From positions 1-52,944 of the forward strand of contig LT642158.1 of NCBI GenBank assembly GCA_900128585.1: a DNA stretch of 52,944 bases. The letters run 5' to 3'. Positions 40,307-50,579 of the stretch are shown here, piece by piece. The first letter of the stretch is position 1. Each line of letters starts with the position of its first letter. A program made the position numbers and the translations under genes. The notes below the pieces were generated by a model. The model ran no database searches, had not been told where the DNA came from, and was given only the letters and a program-made list of their open reading frames with translations. This DNA is from Stramenopiles sp. TOSAG23-3 (taxonomy: Eukaryota).

Positions 40307-42610
40307 TTATCGCCTTTGCCTTTTATTGTTCCTCCTGTCGTTGCCAGAAGAACCTCGCTGCCGCTTATTTGGCTCGTTCCCTCTGGCATTAACATCGCTG
40401 TGCCTATCATCATACCGTTGGCGTTTGTCCCCGGGTTGCTCTGTCCATCGCCGGCGCTCCCTTCGGTTGCTCTCTCGACCTTCGTACCTCTCCGTTTGAT
40501 TCCCACGGTGTCGATCTTCGTTTCTCTCCGGTGGGTTGCCACGACGTCGATCCTCATAGCCGCCGCGGTGTTGCTTCTTATGCTTGTGGTTCCCCCTCTT
40601 TTCGCCTCGGTTGTTTGCAGCTGATCTCCCCCTTGGCTCTCTTGAGTGCCCTTCATTGCTATAGTTTCCCCCCGAGGATTGGTTTCGGTACTCTCTGCCA
40701 CCCCCGTTTTGGCGGGAATGATTGTCGTATCGATCATTACTACTGTTCGAGTAACCAAAATGTTCCCCCGGCTCGCCATAATCCTGCCCCCCCCGTTTGC
40801 GCACATCACGCCCGTACCCTTCCGATGAGTCTTGCGCCCACCGGTCGTCCCTGCGTGAGTTCACGTACTGAATTGTGTGTCCTGTTTGAGGCCCTACTGG
40901 AGGCCCCGAAGAAACGCGAGGCTGCGCTGGTGGCGGGCCTGGGGGTGGCGCAGTCGATATGCTGTGGGGTTTGCGCTTGTTTTCCGCTCTGTTGGCTAGA
41001 GCCGCCCTCGCGGCAGACTGGCGGGCTTCCCCCCGATGCTTTTCTTCCCACTCGTGGCACGACGCTTCCCCCGCCGCAAACAAAGGAGGAAAGCTGGAAG
41101 GCTCCAACAGCTTAGGGTCAAACATTGACTTGGACGGGTCATAAAATGACATCCGCAAGCTTGTCGATGCCTTTAGGCGTCTTTCAGGGTCCAGCTGCAG
41201 CAGCCGCTTGATCAAATCGAAGGCATCCCAACTCATTTGTTCGCCCCACATTGTTTCCATGGTATTTTTTGCAAAGTCCTCGGGCTTGTAGGTTTTCCAC
41301 AGGGGCAAAGACTCTACCCCGGGCCAATTCGTTGACGTCGGAGTGCCACATACTTTAAAAATTAAGTTTAACTGCTCCGGCTCTGACTTTCCGCGGAACG
41401 CAACTTTGCCGATCAATAGCTCTGTCAAAATACAGCCAACACTCCACATGTCGACGGCGGGCGTATAATCGGTAGCACCCAGCAAGAGGCAGGGGGGGCG
41501 GTACCATAGGGTAATTACATTGTTGGTGTACCGCGCCGTAGCGCGTTCGGAGCTGTGTCGGGCGGATCCAACCTTGCTTTGGATGCCCATCATCGCCTGG
41601 TCTTCCTCAAACCGGGCCAGGCCAAAGTCGCAAAGTTTTACAACATTATCGTTCGTAACAAGGATGTTCGATAACTTCAAATCACGGTGCATTATCCGTT
41701 TCTCGTGCAGGTACGACAACACGTTCAATAGCTGCCATGTAAAGCACCGCACCAATTCCAACGACAATCGCTTCCTGCGCTTAAGGACTCCCGCCAAATC
41801 ATGGTCCACGTATTCAAAAATCATGTACATGGAAAGCCTGCCGTGGTCGTCTGCCGGAGCGCCCATGACTATTTCTTTGTAATGGACTAAATTCTGGTGG
41901 CAAATCCGACGCAATAGGTTTATTTCCCTTACCGCGTTGACAGAAAACCCCTCTCGTTCTTTCCGTGCCCGCATGTGTTTGATCGCAACGAGCTCCCCGG
42001 TTCGAATCGACATGCCTTTGTGCACTTCCCCATACGCACCCTTGCCAATCTGACCCTGCAGCGTGTACGACGCAACGATGTTACCGGCACACCGGCGCCG
42101 CGGCAGGTGGGACTCGTCCCCGGCGCTGACTGGGGGGCCGAACCCGCCGTCCCCGGCCGCTTGTGGTGGCGGCGGGGGCGGCGGCCTTCGAGCTGCGGGA
42201 GGGTGCTGGCCGCCCTCGTACTGGGCTTGTTGGGCATTCCAGTTGCCACCTTGTCTAGAAAAAATTTCGCCCGAAGAACTAATGTTGTGCCTTTGGTGGG
42301 GCAGGTTGTAGTGGTGCGCGTTGTCCTGTTGCTGAGCCGGGCGGGAGGAGGGCTGCCTTCTATCGCCTTCGCCTCTTTGGTACTGCTCGTGATGCCGAGG
42401 TGGCGGTCGCCGTGAGCCTTGTTGGTACCTGCTGCTTCCATTTCTTTCTTTCGTGACATGTTTATACTTGCAACTTTCACCCCGGTTGCACGCGCCTTTG
42501 TTTTGAAAATCGTAGCAGAACCCCTGTGGAACACGGTGCCGCCGGGAAGCAGGAGCAGCCCCGTTGCCCCCGTTCGCCGCTGCGTACGGTTGCCGCCTTC
42601 TTGACGACAT
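40307..42610 (-). CDS. CDK9/CDK12/CDKC-like cyclin-dependent kinase with N-terminal CCCH zinc finger and R/D/G-rich low-complexity tail
   Basis: IGKGAYGEV, VAIK, EREGFSVNAVREI (PITAIRE-like), YMIFEYVDHDLAG, HRDLKLSN, DFGLAR, YTNNVITLWYRPP. C-x8-C-x5-C-x3-H near the N-terminus. First ATG (MSSRRRQ) at 42610. Confidence 0.9.
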   Translation of the reverse strand: MSSRRRQPYAAANGGNGAAPASRRHRVPQGFCYDFQNKGACNRGESCKYKHVTKERNGSSRYQQGSRRPPPRHHEQYQRGEGDRRQPSSRPAQQQDNAHHYNLPHQRHNISSSGEIFSRQGGNWNAQQAQYEGGQHPPAARRPPPPPPPQAAGDGGFGPPVSAGDESHLPRRRCAGNIVASYTLQGQIGKGAYGEVHKGMSIRTGELVAIKHMRARKEREGFSVNAVREINLLRRICHQNLVHYKEIVMGAPADDHGRLSMYMIFEYVDHDLAGVLKRRKRLSLELVRCFTWQLLNVLSYLHEKRIMHRDLKLSNILVTNDNVVKLCDFGLARFEEDQAMMGIQSKVGSARHSSERATARYTNNVITLWYRPPCLLLGATDYTPAVDMWSVGCILTELLIGKVAFRGKSEPEQLNLIFKVCGTPTSTNWPGVESLPLWKTYKPEDFAKNTMETMWGEQMSWDAFDLIKRLLQLDPERRLKASTSLRMSFYDPSKSMFDPKLLEPSSFPPLFAAGEASCHEWEEKHRGEARQSAARAALANRAENKRKPHSISTAPPPGPPPAQPRVSSGPPVGPQTGHTIQYVNSRRDDRWAQDSSEGYGRDVRKRGGQDYGEPGEHFGYSNSSNDRYDNHSRQNGGGREYRNQSSGGNYSNEGHSREPRGRSAANNRGEKRGNHKHKKQHRGGYEDRRRGNPPERNEDRHRGNQTERYEGRESNRRERRRWTEQPGDKRQRYDDRHSDVNARGNEPNKRQRGSSGNDRRNNKRQRR

Positions 42611-43343
42611 GTTAAAAAAAACCCACACTAAATAACTAGCTGCAAAGTCTAGGAAGTCAGTGGGGTCGGTGAAATCTCCGTTCGTTCGTTCGTTCCTTGC
42701 ATAATCGTTTGCCTCATCAACTGTTACTAGGACAGGAAAAGAAATTGCTTTCTGTATGAAAAATGTTGCCTAGTGTCCAATACATAATTTTATAGTAGGA
42801 GGTATTATTATATTATTATTTTTTATTATTATTATTATTATTTATTACTGTATAAAAAATTATTATTTTTATTATTTATTATTATTATTATACACCTAAT
42901 AAGAACAGGAGGAGGAGGTGTAGTAGTAGTAAATATTATTAATAATAATAATAAAAAAAAAATTAAAAAAATTATATACTGTTGTAGTAGACCTAGTATG
43001 TTTTAAGACTCTCATTCATACTAAATACTAATACTAATAATATTTTTTTTTGAATTTGTTTTTCTTCTTCTTTCTCTTTCTTCTTCTTCTCTTCTTTTTT
43101 TTCTTTTCTTCATCCGGTGGTCGGTCGTCCTTTCCAGGAGGTTGGTATTATTAGGTAGGTACGTACCGGTATTTATAATTAAAAATATCAAAAGCAGCGG
43201 TACGAGGAGGAGGAGGAGTCGTTGTGAAAAGTGATCTTCTGCTCGGTTAGTCTTGGGATTGTCTCCTTTCCTTAGTTACATAATGGGATGTGGTTGGATT
43301 CAAACAATAATAATAACTACTTAAAATTTTAAAAGAACAAGTA

Positions 43344-43362
43344 TAACCCTAACCCTAACCCT
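43344..43362. repeat. Interstitial telomere-like repeat (TAACCC)3T
   Basis: TAACCCTAACCCTAACCCT, i.e. (TTAGGG)n on the minus strand. Confidence 0.85.
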
Positions 43363-44162
43363 CTACTATATTTATTGCGAAGTATTGTAAAAATTGTCCT
43401 TCTCCTTCCATCCTACTCAGCTGTTTATAAATCTAATCTCAATTTTGAATCCGAGGAGAGCCTCCAGATCGTTATTTTATTTTAAGAATAAAATTCCTAT
43501 TTAATATATATAATATTATAATGGAATACAAGTACAAATGACCATCCGGGCTGTGTGTGTTTGGCCTTCCTTTGATGTGTGAGCCACATATTTTTTAACT
43601 ATTATTTCTTGTTATTAAATTACATCATTGACAGAAGAAATGTGTTTTGTGAATGTGTTTTTATAAGCATACTCTTTTTGCCTACGGTAATATTATCGTC
43701 GTTCTAACTATAATAATAGGGAAATACCAGCATAAAAGTAGTAAACAATAATAATAATCATCAACAAAAATATATAAAATCATCATCATACTGTATCGTA
43801 TATATATATATTATTATTATTTTATCTCATCATCATCTATCTTTCTTCTTCTTCTCTTTTTTCTTTCTTTCTCTCTCCTCCTCCTCTTCCTCCTCTTCTT
43901 CTTTCTTCTTTCTTTTTCTTTTCGACGACCACCACAACAACCAACGCCACCACCACACACATAAAAATACTACTACTACCGGTACCCCGTAAATATCCTA
44001 AGGATTACAAACTACTGTATACGGTTCACGATAGCAATCTACGTTTCATAGAATGGCTGTACATGCCCATTTTGCTACCCAAGAATTGTATTTGCAGTAG
44101 TGCAGAAGAACACGCTGTCAGGAAACCAACCACCAGCCGCACGACCTTTTTGTTTGGAGACC

Positions 44163-47100
44163 ATGCCCAATGCTGCACGTTTGTCGCAAGGGCGCGGGTC
44201 CGCTACGGCCGCCTGTGCCAACGCTTTTGTCCTCCTGTCCTACTTTTGTTTCTTCTTCGCTGTATTAGTGTCTCTTCCCTCGGTGGCAAAAGGGGAGGAT
44301 CGGTGGGACGATGAAAGCATCCTTCATGTGCACGTGATCCCGCACTCCCATTGTGACCCAGGGTGGCTGGATACGTTTGAAGGGTACTTCCGGAAAGACG
44401 TGAACCACATTTTAACCAACGTTCTTGCCCAGTTATGGAACAACCCCAACCGCCGTTTTATATGGGCTGAAATAAGTTTTTTCAAGCGATGGTGGGATAC
44501 GCTGGACAATACCAGTAAAGAGCGATTCAAGACTGTCGTGGCCCGGGGACAGCTGGAGTTTGTCGGCGGCGGATGGGTGCAAAATGACGAGAGCAACCCA
44601 ACGATGGAGAGCGTCATTAACCAGGTCAGTACAGGCCACGACTTTTTATTGAAAACGTTTGGCATTCGGCCAAAGATTGGGTGGCAAATCGACCCGTTCG
44701 GGCATAGTGCAATGACCGCGAGCCTGTTTGCAATGTTTGGGTACGACGCCATGGTGATCAACCGGATTCACTACGACACAAAAAAGCGGTACAAAGCCAC
44801 CCGGCACATGGAGTTTTTGTGGGAAGGGGCGAAACTCTCAGACGAAAAAGACTTGGACCTGAAAATTTTTACCCATGTTTTGCACACGCACTACAGTGCC
44901 CCGCGAGGTTTCGATTTTGAAAACCCAGGCGTGTCGTCCGTCAGTAACTACAACGCGGCGGGGCGAGCACGGCAATTCGTTTCCCAGATGAAACAACGGC
45001 AACGCGCATACATGACAAACCACATCTTGGTCCCGTTCGGGGATGATTTTAAGTTCAAGCAGGCCGCTCGCCAATTTAGTAGCATGGACAACGTGATCAA
45101 TGCCGTGAACAACAACCATGAACTGAATGTTGCGGTCCGTTACAGCACCCTGTCGGAATATTTTCAAGCCGTTCACCGGGAATCGACTGTGAAAAAGACG
45201 AACTTCCCGGTGTACCGGGGCGATTTTTTCCCGTACGCAGACAACGGGGACAGTTATTGGTCTGGCTACTACACCACGAGGCCAACCCTGAAAGCTGCGA
45301 CGCGGGTAGCCGACAGCACGCTTCGTGCGGTGGAAGCAGCGTATGCGATGGGACGAGCAATCAACCAGCGGGCAAATGACTACGAGTGGGAGGATGCGTT
45401 CAAACACGTTCAGAAACTTAGAGAAGAGGCCTCCCTCGTGCTGCACCACGACGCCATCACGGGGACCAGCCGAGCTACCGTCGTGCGCGACTACTTGAGC
45501 CGCTTGACAACAAGCCGCTCCGCTGCGATGGGCGTCGCAGCCGACGTCATCACAGGTTTGCTTCGAAAGAGGAACGCCGATGGCACTGCGACTAAAGTGG
45601 AAGGCGCCGTGCCGACCTTGACATCGACTGTGTATCGGCTGTCGGTAAAAGGCACGCCGGGTCCGGCGGCAGCGGGGCCGTTCCAAGGCATCAACGGGTA
45701 CCCCGTCGTTGTCCAAAACCCTCTTGGGTGGCGACGCCAGGACGTCGTGAAGGTGCTGTTGGAGTCAAAGACTTCGGTGCACGAGGCTCAAGGCATCGTT
45801 GTCATGGATGAAGGCGGAAAGCCGGTCGCGGCACAAGTCCAAGCGCTGCTGCTTGGCACCGACGTTGTGCGGAGCAACCCGGGCTACGCTTTTGGCCTCT
45901 TTTTTAAGGTGGACCTGCCACCCCTTGGCGTGCGCACGTACTACGTAAGGCAGGCAACGAAAGAGGAAAGGCTGACCAACAGCAACGAGGTTCTTGCCAA
46001 GTACGTGACTACGAAGTTGTACACCATTAGTTCGCACACTGGAAAAGTAGAAACGCCACCGCGCAACGGCGGCCAACTTCGTGGGGCAGAGGCTGGGGGG
46101 GTGAATGGGGCGTTCGAGCGCCCCTCTGTGTTTCCAGAAGCAGGCCTTACTATCGAGAACAACGAAGTGTTAGTCAAGTTTCAGTCGGGGCGTGGACTTA
46201 TCAAATCGGTAACGTCGAAAGGAAACGCCGACGTTGGCGAGTTGGAGGCATCGCAAGAGTACATGTATTACACTTCGTCGCGTAGCGGTGCGTATATATT
46301 CCGCCCCCACGGGCAGGCACATGGTATACGCGTCGGTCACACGCTGGCCATTGCAATTGCACAAGGACCGTTGGTCCAACAAGTGCAGTACTTCGACGAC
46401 AATACCCACCAATCCACTCGGGTCTTGTCTGTTCCCGGCGAGCTGTCCAAAGTGGTGCAGATCCTGACCAGTGTCACTGCAAGCATGAACAACGAGGTGG
46501 TCGTTCGATTCAACACTAACTTGGGCACAAACCATATTTTTTACAGTGATAACAGCGTCGACATGCAGAAACGAGAGCACTCCTCGAACAAACCTATTCC
46601 GGCAAATTTTTATCCCATGAATACGGCCGCATCGCTTAAAACAGATGCGAAGCAAATGACATTCATAAACAGGCAGCCGATGGGGGTGGCGAGTCTTGTC
46701 CACGAGGAATCGAAATCGTCGTTGGAAGTGATGTTACACCGTTGTCTGAGCCAAGACGATGGCCGAGGGTTGGCGCAAGGGGTCCACGACAGCAGCCGCA
46801 CGCAAGCACCCCTGTGGATGATTGTAGGAACCCCATCGGAGACGGAGGCGATGTACCGCCGAGTTCGCCACCACCTCCAGCACGGCCCATTGGTGTACCT
46901 GGCTAGTGGGACCAATGGGGCCCCAACGGACCTTGGTGCTTGGACAAATATTTACCAATCGACATTCCAGCCGTTTGGAACCGTCGACGAAAACATTCAT
47001 ATTTTGTCATTGAAAGCTCGCGACGCCCATTCAGACGACATTCTCGTCCGCATTCAAAACTTAGGTGACCGTGTGGTGCCCGTGCGGTTGCAAGCCCAGG

Positions 47101-47933
47101 GAAATGACGGTGCAGGCCTTTTATTGGACGGCGCTGTCGAGGAAATACGCTCAAGGAGCATTTCTGCAAACCAGCCGTCGGCCGCTGTTGTGAAGCGTCT
47201 GCATTACCCGACTGCAGGTGAAGTCCACGACCATTCTAACGTGGACGTCAACGACCATGCGTTGACGGAAGAGAATCAAAATACCGAAGAGGAAGGGGTA
47301 TTTTTGAGTGACGCGGCGTTGGCCAAGTTGGAAGAAGACAAGAAGAAAGGATCTGGCCGCCGTGCTCTTCTCGCCAGTGGTGCAGGGGGGGGCAAGGTCC
47401 TTGCGATCCCGCCGTACCAAGTCAAAACTTATTTCGTTGAGTTAAATTTTGAAGGTGCGAGCAGCAGTAGAGCTGAGACCGTCGCTTCGGGTGGTCTCTT
47501 ATCGAAATTAAGTAGTGCCGCAGCGAAGATCTCGTCTCCCTTTAAAGCCAAGAAAGAAGACATAAAGGCGGCGGCATTGCCGCCTCCCCCGGAGTCCGCG
47601 AAAGAGAGCGACCACCAAGGTGCACCGATCGTAAAAAACGTTGCCAACAAGGACGAAGGCTCGGAAAAGATGCCTCTTCCTAAAAGTGATACGGGCGAGG
47701 AAGCGTTGGGCAACGATCCTCAGCCGGTGGTTGGTGGTGCAGCAATCGCTGCCGTGGGAATCCATGAAACCGGCAAGGACAGTAATTTGGCCGATTACAA
47801 GAGCAAAGGAACATTGCTTTTTGGGTGTTCCGTCGCAGTTGTATTTCTGTTGATGGTGTATTTAAAGTTTTGCAAAAAATCTGGGGGTAGTAGTCGCAGA
47901 CGGCGAAACAAAAGTATGCCAAAGCGTGCCTAG
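44163..47933 (+). CDS. Glycoside hydrolase family 38 alpha-mannosidase with N-terminal signal/anchor and C-terminal TM helix
   Basis: HSHCDPGW (Zn ligands), FIWAEISF, GGGWVQNDE, WQIDPFGHS (nucleophile), PFGDDF, YWSGYYTTRP, HHDAITGT, EVMLHR..DDGRG. TM segment LLFGCSVAVVFLLMVYL followed by a basic tail. Confidence 0.93.
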   Translation: MPNAARLSQGRGSATAACANAFVLLSYFCFFFAVLVSLPSVAKGEDRWDDESILHVHVIPHSHCDPGWLDTFEGYFRKDVNHILTNVLAQLWNNPNRRFIWAEISFFKRWWDTLDNTSKERFKTVVARGQLEFVGGGWVQNDESNPTMESVINQVSTGHDFLLKTFGIRPKIGWQIDPFGHSAMTASLFAMFGYDAMVINRIHYDTKKRYKATRHMEFLWEGAKLSDEKDLDLKIFTHVLHTHYSAPRGFDFENPGVSSVSNYNAAGRARQFVSQMKQRQRAYMTNHILVPFGDDFKFKQAARQFSSMDNVINAVNNNHELNVAVRYSTLSEYFQAVHRESTVKKTNFPVYRGDFFPYADNGDSYWSGYYTTRPTLKAATRVADSTLRAVEAAYAMGRAINQRANDYEWEDAFKHVQKLREEASLVLHHDAITGTSRATVVRDYLSRLTTSRSAAMGVAADVITGLLRKRNADGTATKVEGAVPTLTSTVYRLSVKGTPGPAAAGPFQGINGYPVVVQNPLGWRRQDVVKVLLESKTSVHEAQGIVVMDEGGKPVAAQVQALLLGTDVVRSNPGYAFGLFFKVDLPPLGVRTYYVRQATKEERLTNSNEVLAKYVTTKLYTISSHTGKVETPPRNGGQLRGAEAGGVNGAFERPSVFPEAGLTIENNEVLVKFQSGRGLIKSVTSKGNADVGELEASQEYMYYTSSRSGAYIFRPHGQAHGIRVGHTLAIAIAQGPLVQQVQYFDDNTHQSTRVLSVPGELSKVVQILTSVTASMNNEVVVRFNTNLGTNHIFYSDNSVDMQKREHSSNKPIPANFYPMNTAASLKTDAKQMTFINRQPMGVASLVHEESKSSLEVMLHRCLSQDDGRGLAQGVHDSSRTQAPLWMIVGTPSETEAMYRRVRHHLQHGPLVYLASGTNGAPTDLGAWTNIYQSTFQPFGTVDENIHILSLKARDAHSDDILVRIQNLGDRVVPVRLQAQGNDGAGLLLDGAVEEIRSRSISANQPSAAVVKRLHYPTAGEVHDHSNVDVNDHALTEENQNTEEEGVFLSDAALAKLEEDKKKGSGRRALLASGAGGGKVLAIPPYQVKTYFVELNFEGASSSRAETVASGGLLSKLSSAAAKISSPFKAKKEDIKAAALPPPPESAKESDHQGAPIVKNVANKDEGSEKMPLPKSDTGEEALGNDPQPVVGGAAIAAVGIHETGKDSNLADYKSKGTLLFGCSVAVVFLLMVYLKFCKKSGGSSRRRRNKSMPKRA

Positions 47934-48100
47934 CTTCAACATGGTGTTCCCGCATCTTCTAGAAAGAGGTAGATAGATTCGATGAGCAATATGTACATAT
48001 AAATAAAGAACAGTTACCGTTTTAAAATACAGTACTTTCTGAGAAGAGAAAATAGGAAATAACCGTGTGTTATCCGCACGCCAAAGATTACTCTAACACT

Positions 48101-49168
48101 TTAATGCAACCGTATGGCGGGGCTCCACTTCGCCAAGGCCCAGTGCCTAAACTGCTTAAAATGTACAACCACTTTCGTCGGTGTTGTCCCTTCTGTCTGT
48201 ACCCCCACCGTCTTTACTTTCGCCATTTCACGGAACGTTGATTTGTACGTGGACGGCTTAAACAACTCATTCAGCACTGAAGGGATGTAGTTGCCCATGG
48301 GGGCATGCAGTAGATTTGCATCTATTTGATTGTTTCGCTGTTGAAATTGAGTTGACCGCTGCTGAAATGCCTGAAAAATTGAGCGCGTCGTCAGTACCCC
48401 TTTTCCCTTCACATCCATTGTGTTGAATAATTTCCGCAGGTGTTTTGTTCTCGCGCCTTCTTTTCGCTTTGCCAGTGCTTTCAAAGCCCGAATGCTTTCG
48501 TCCATATTGCATGATCCTGTAAGGAATGCCGTATATTCGTGTGACCCTGACACTGCTCTAGGGTTTATTTTCTGACGAGTCCGCAACTCTTCATTTATTT
48601 GCGTCTCTCTAAAACGTATTGTTCCTAGTGATAATAGGTGACTCTCCTCTGAGGCCTTTGATAAGGCTATTTGTTCACTCAGTGCGCCGGCGACCTCGTC
48701 TGTTGTTTCGTAACGTGTTTCGTGAAGTCCCAAGGCGATAAAAGTGGTATAGAGGCGAGTCCCCTCTGCAGAAACTCTCGATGTGTCGACCAATACCGGT
48801 GGCCAAACTTTGTGGTACTTTTCTAACAGCAGCTTGTCCAACAATGTCTTTCGTTCTTTTCTGAGAATCCTCTCCCTGTTTTTGATTCTTTCTATTGTAT
48901 CCGACGCGCCCACTCCGTCACTATATTCTGGGCCTGTAGTGGTAGTGTGGCTAGACCGTTTTGCTTGCTCCTTCATTATATGTTCGTGCTCTGCTATTAG
49001 CTGGTCTAACTGGTCTTTCTGTTCCGCCAGGTCAGCTTCCACCTGGCGCTTTTCCTTTGCCAGTTTGCGTTTCTCTTCTTCCGCTTTTCTCTCCATTTCT
49101 TTCGACACCCTCTCCATTTCTTCCATTTCTTTCGCCCTCCTGTCTATTTCTTCCTCTCCTTTTGCCAT
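48101..49168 (-). CDS. Hypothetical protein: N-terminal charged coiled coil, possible degenerate EF-hand
   Basis: 355-aa ORF, aaaATG context, E/K/R heptads; LFNTMDVKGKGVLT resembles an EF-hand loop. Confidence 0.75.
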   Translation of the reverse strand: MAKGEEEIDRRAKEMEEMERVSKEMERKAEEEKRKLAKEKRQVEADLAEQKDQLDQLIAEHEHIMKEQAKRSSHTTTTGPEYSDGVGASDTIERIKNRERILRKERKTLLDKLLLEKYHKVWPPVLVDTSRVSAEGTRLYTTFIALGLHETRYETTDEVAGALSEQIALSKASEESHLLSLGTIRFRETQINEELRTRQKINPRAVSGSHEYTAFLTGSCNMDESIRALKALAKRKEGARTKHLRKLFNTMDVKGKGVLTTRSIFQAFQQRSTQFQQRNNQIDANLLHAPMGNYIPSVLNELFKPSTYKSTFREMAKVKTVGVQTEGTTPTKVVVHFKQFRHWALAKWSPAIRLH

Positions 49169-49191
49169 TTTCGCTTCCTGCGTTGTTGTGC

Positions 49192-49233
49192 ACGTAATTT
49201 CAGCAACTTCTAACGTAACTTCAGCAACTTCTA
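49192..49233. repeat. 21-bp tandem duplication just upstream of the 48101-49168 gene
   Basis: ACGTAATTTCAGCAACTTCTA / ACGTAACTTCAGCAACTTCTA. Confidence 0.88.
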
Positions 49234-49519
49234 CGCTTTGTTTTGCGCCGAACTATATTCTGCCCGGGGCAAATATTGTTATGTGGTACTACCCGTGTTG
49301 GGTTTTACTCTCTTGTTTTCAGTATGATCGCCTGGACTAAATATTTTTTTTCTATCTATAATGTCTAATTCTCTACCAAACATATAAATCTGTGTGTATT
49401 AAATATCAAACAACACTTTAACCTGCTTTCTCTTGGATGATGAAACATATATTGAAGTAAAAGCAATTATATATTGTTAGTAAATACTTGTGCTCCTCCT
49501 CCTCTCGCGACGAAGAAAG

Positions 49520-49670
49520 AGGTAGGAGAAGAAGAAGAAAAGAAAAGAAGAAGAAGAAGAAGAAGAGAAGAAGAAGGAAGAAGAAGAAGAAAAGAAGGAA
49601 GAAGAAGAAGAAAAGAAGGAAGAAGAAGAAAAAAGAGAAAGATGATAGAAGAAGAAGAAGAAAAAAAAAG
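49520..49670. repeat. Polypurine (GAA)n-like microsatellite containing a 21-bp higher-order unit x3 (49571-49633)
   Basis: Almost pure A/G tract; unit AAGAAGGAAGAAGAAGAAGAA. Confidence 0.9.
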
Positions 49671-50222
49671 CAACAACAACAACATACATAATAATAATAA
49701 ATATATAATAATATTATATTTATAATATATTTACAGGGTATAGTATGGGGTAAAATTGATGAGGATGATTCTTACATACTTGGTACATCATTCATCCACC
49801 ACATCGATCAATAATCTCATTTTTTTTGTTGTTGAAACGGATGGAAGAAGCACACCACCAGCGAGGAGGGGAGAGGGGAGAGGAGAGAGGAGTCCCATTT
49901 TTTTTTAAATAATTATATGCAACATGCAACAACATGCAACAATACTGTATACAATATAATACAACAACCGAACCAAGAGAAAGAGAAAAAAAATAACAAA
50001 ACAAAAAACAATAAATAATAATTATTATTATACATGATACAGCAGTGTATTATTATTATTTATTATATTGTCGTCTCTAAAGAAGAGCATTCTCCTGGTC
50101 GTAGTATTTAATATCGTAACAGCAGCATTATATTATTATTATATCAATCATTATATCCTATATACGGTAAGTATTGTAAATATATTTATAAATACATGCT
50201 ATCAAAACATAAAACAAAAAAC

Positions 50223-50320
50223 AAAAAAGAAGAAGAAGAAAAAAAGAAGAAGAAAGAAGAAGAAAGAAGAGAGAAGAAGAGAGAAGAAAGAAAGAAAGAA
50301 AGAAGAAGAAGGAAGAAGAT
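50223..50320. repeat. Polypurine (GAA)n-like tract upstream of the TPR gene
   Basis: About 95 nt of A/G only. Similar purine or pyrimidine tracts lie at 3001-3063, 14090-14207, 43060-43110, 43840-43922 and 52646-52695. Confidence 0.88.
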
Positions 50321-50579
50321 GAAGACGGCGACGAGCGAAAAGACCGACCCGCCGCCAGAAAAACGGGAACCCCAACCATCCACTCTCACAATAGCTTATA
50401 TATGAGATGAGAAACAAAACATAGAAAATGAAGGCAATTAACGCCTTCCTCCATTCATTACCAAGTGCGAGAATACAAGAGACTAACTTTTGAAGAAGTA
50501 GAAAGAAGCCAGATTTCTGTTTTTGCCTGTACGGTGGCGGTCGTTCTTACGCGTTTGCAACCTATATTCTCACCCCACT

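Noticed and set aside
40297..42534. Alternative-frame ORFs of 170 and 201 aa over the CDK termini
   Set aside because: They lie in GC-rich low-complexity segments where stops are scarce; the main frame is continuous.
44838..45716. 292-aa antisense ORF (also 22146-22931, 22953-23630, 38748-39347, 48783-49340)
   Set aside because: Shadow ORFs opposite well-supported genes, expected from codon bias; no motifs.
3220..50579. TTG/GTG starts given by the ORF track (3220, 14770, 28199, 38659, 42628, 44100, 50523)
   Set aside because: In a eukaryotic context the nearby in-frame ATGs are more plausible, and most have A at -3.
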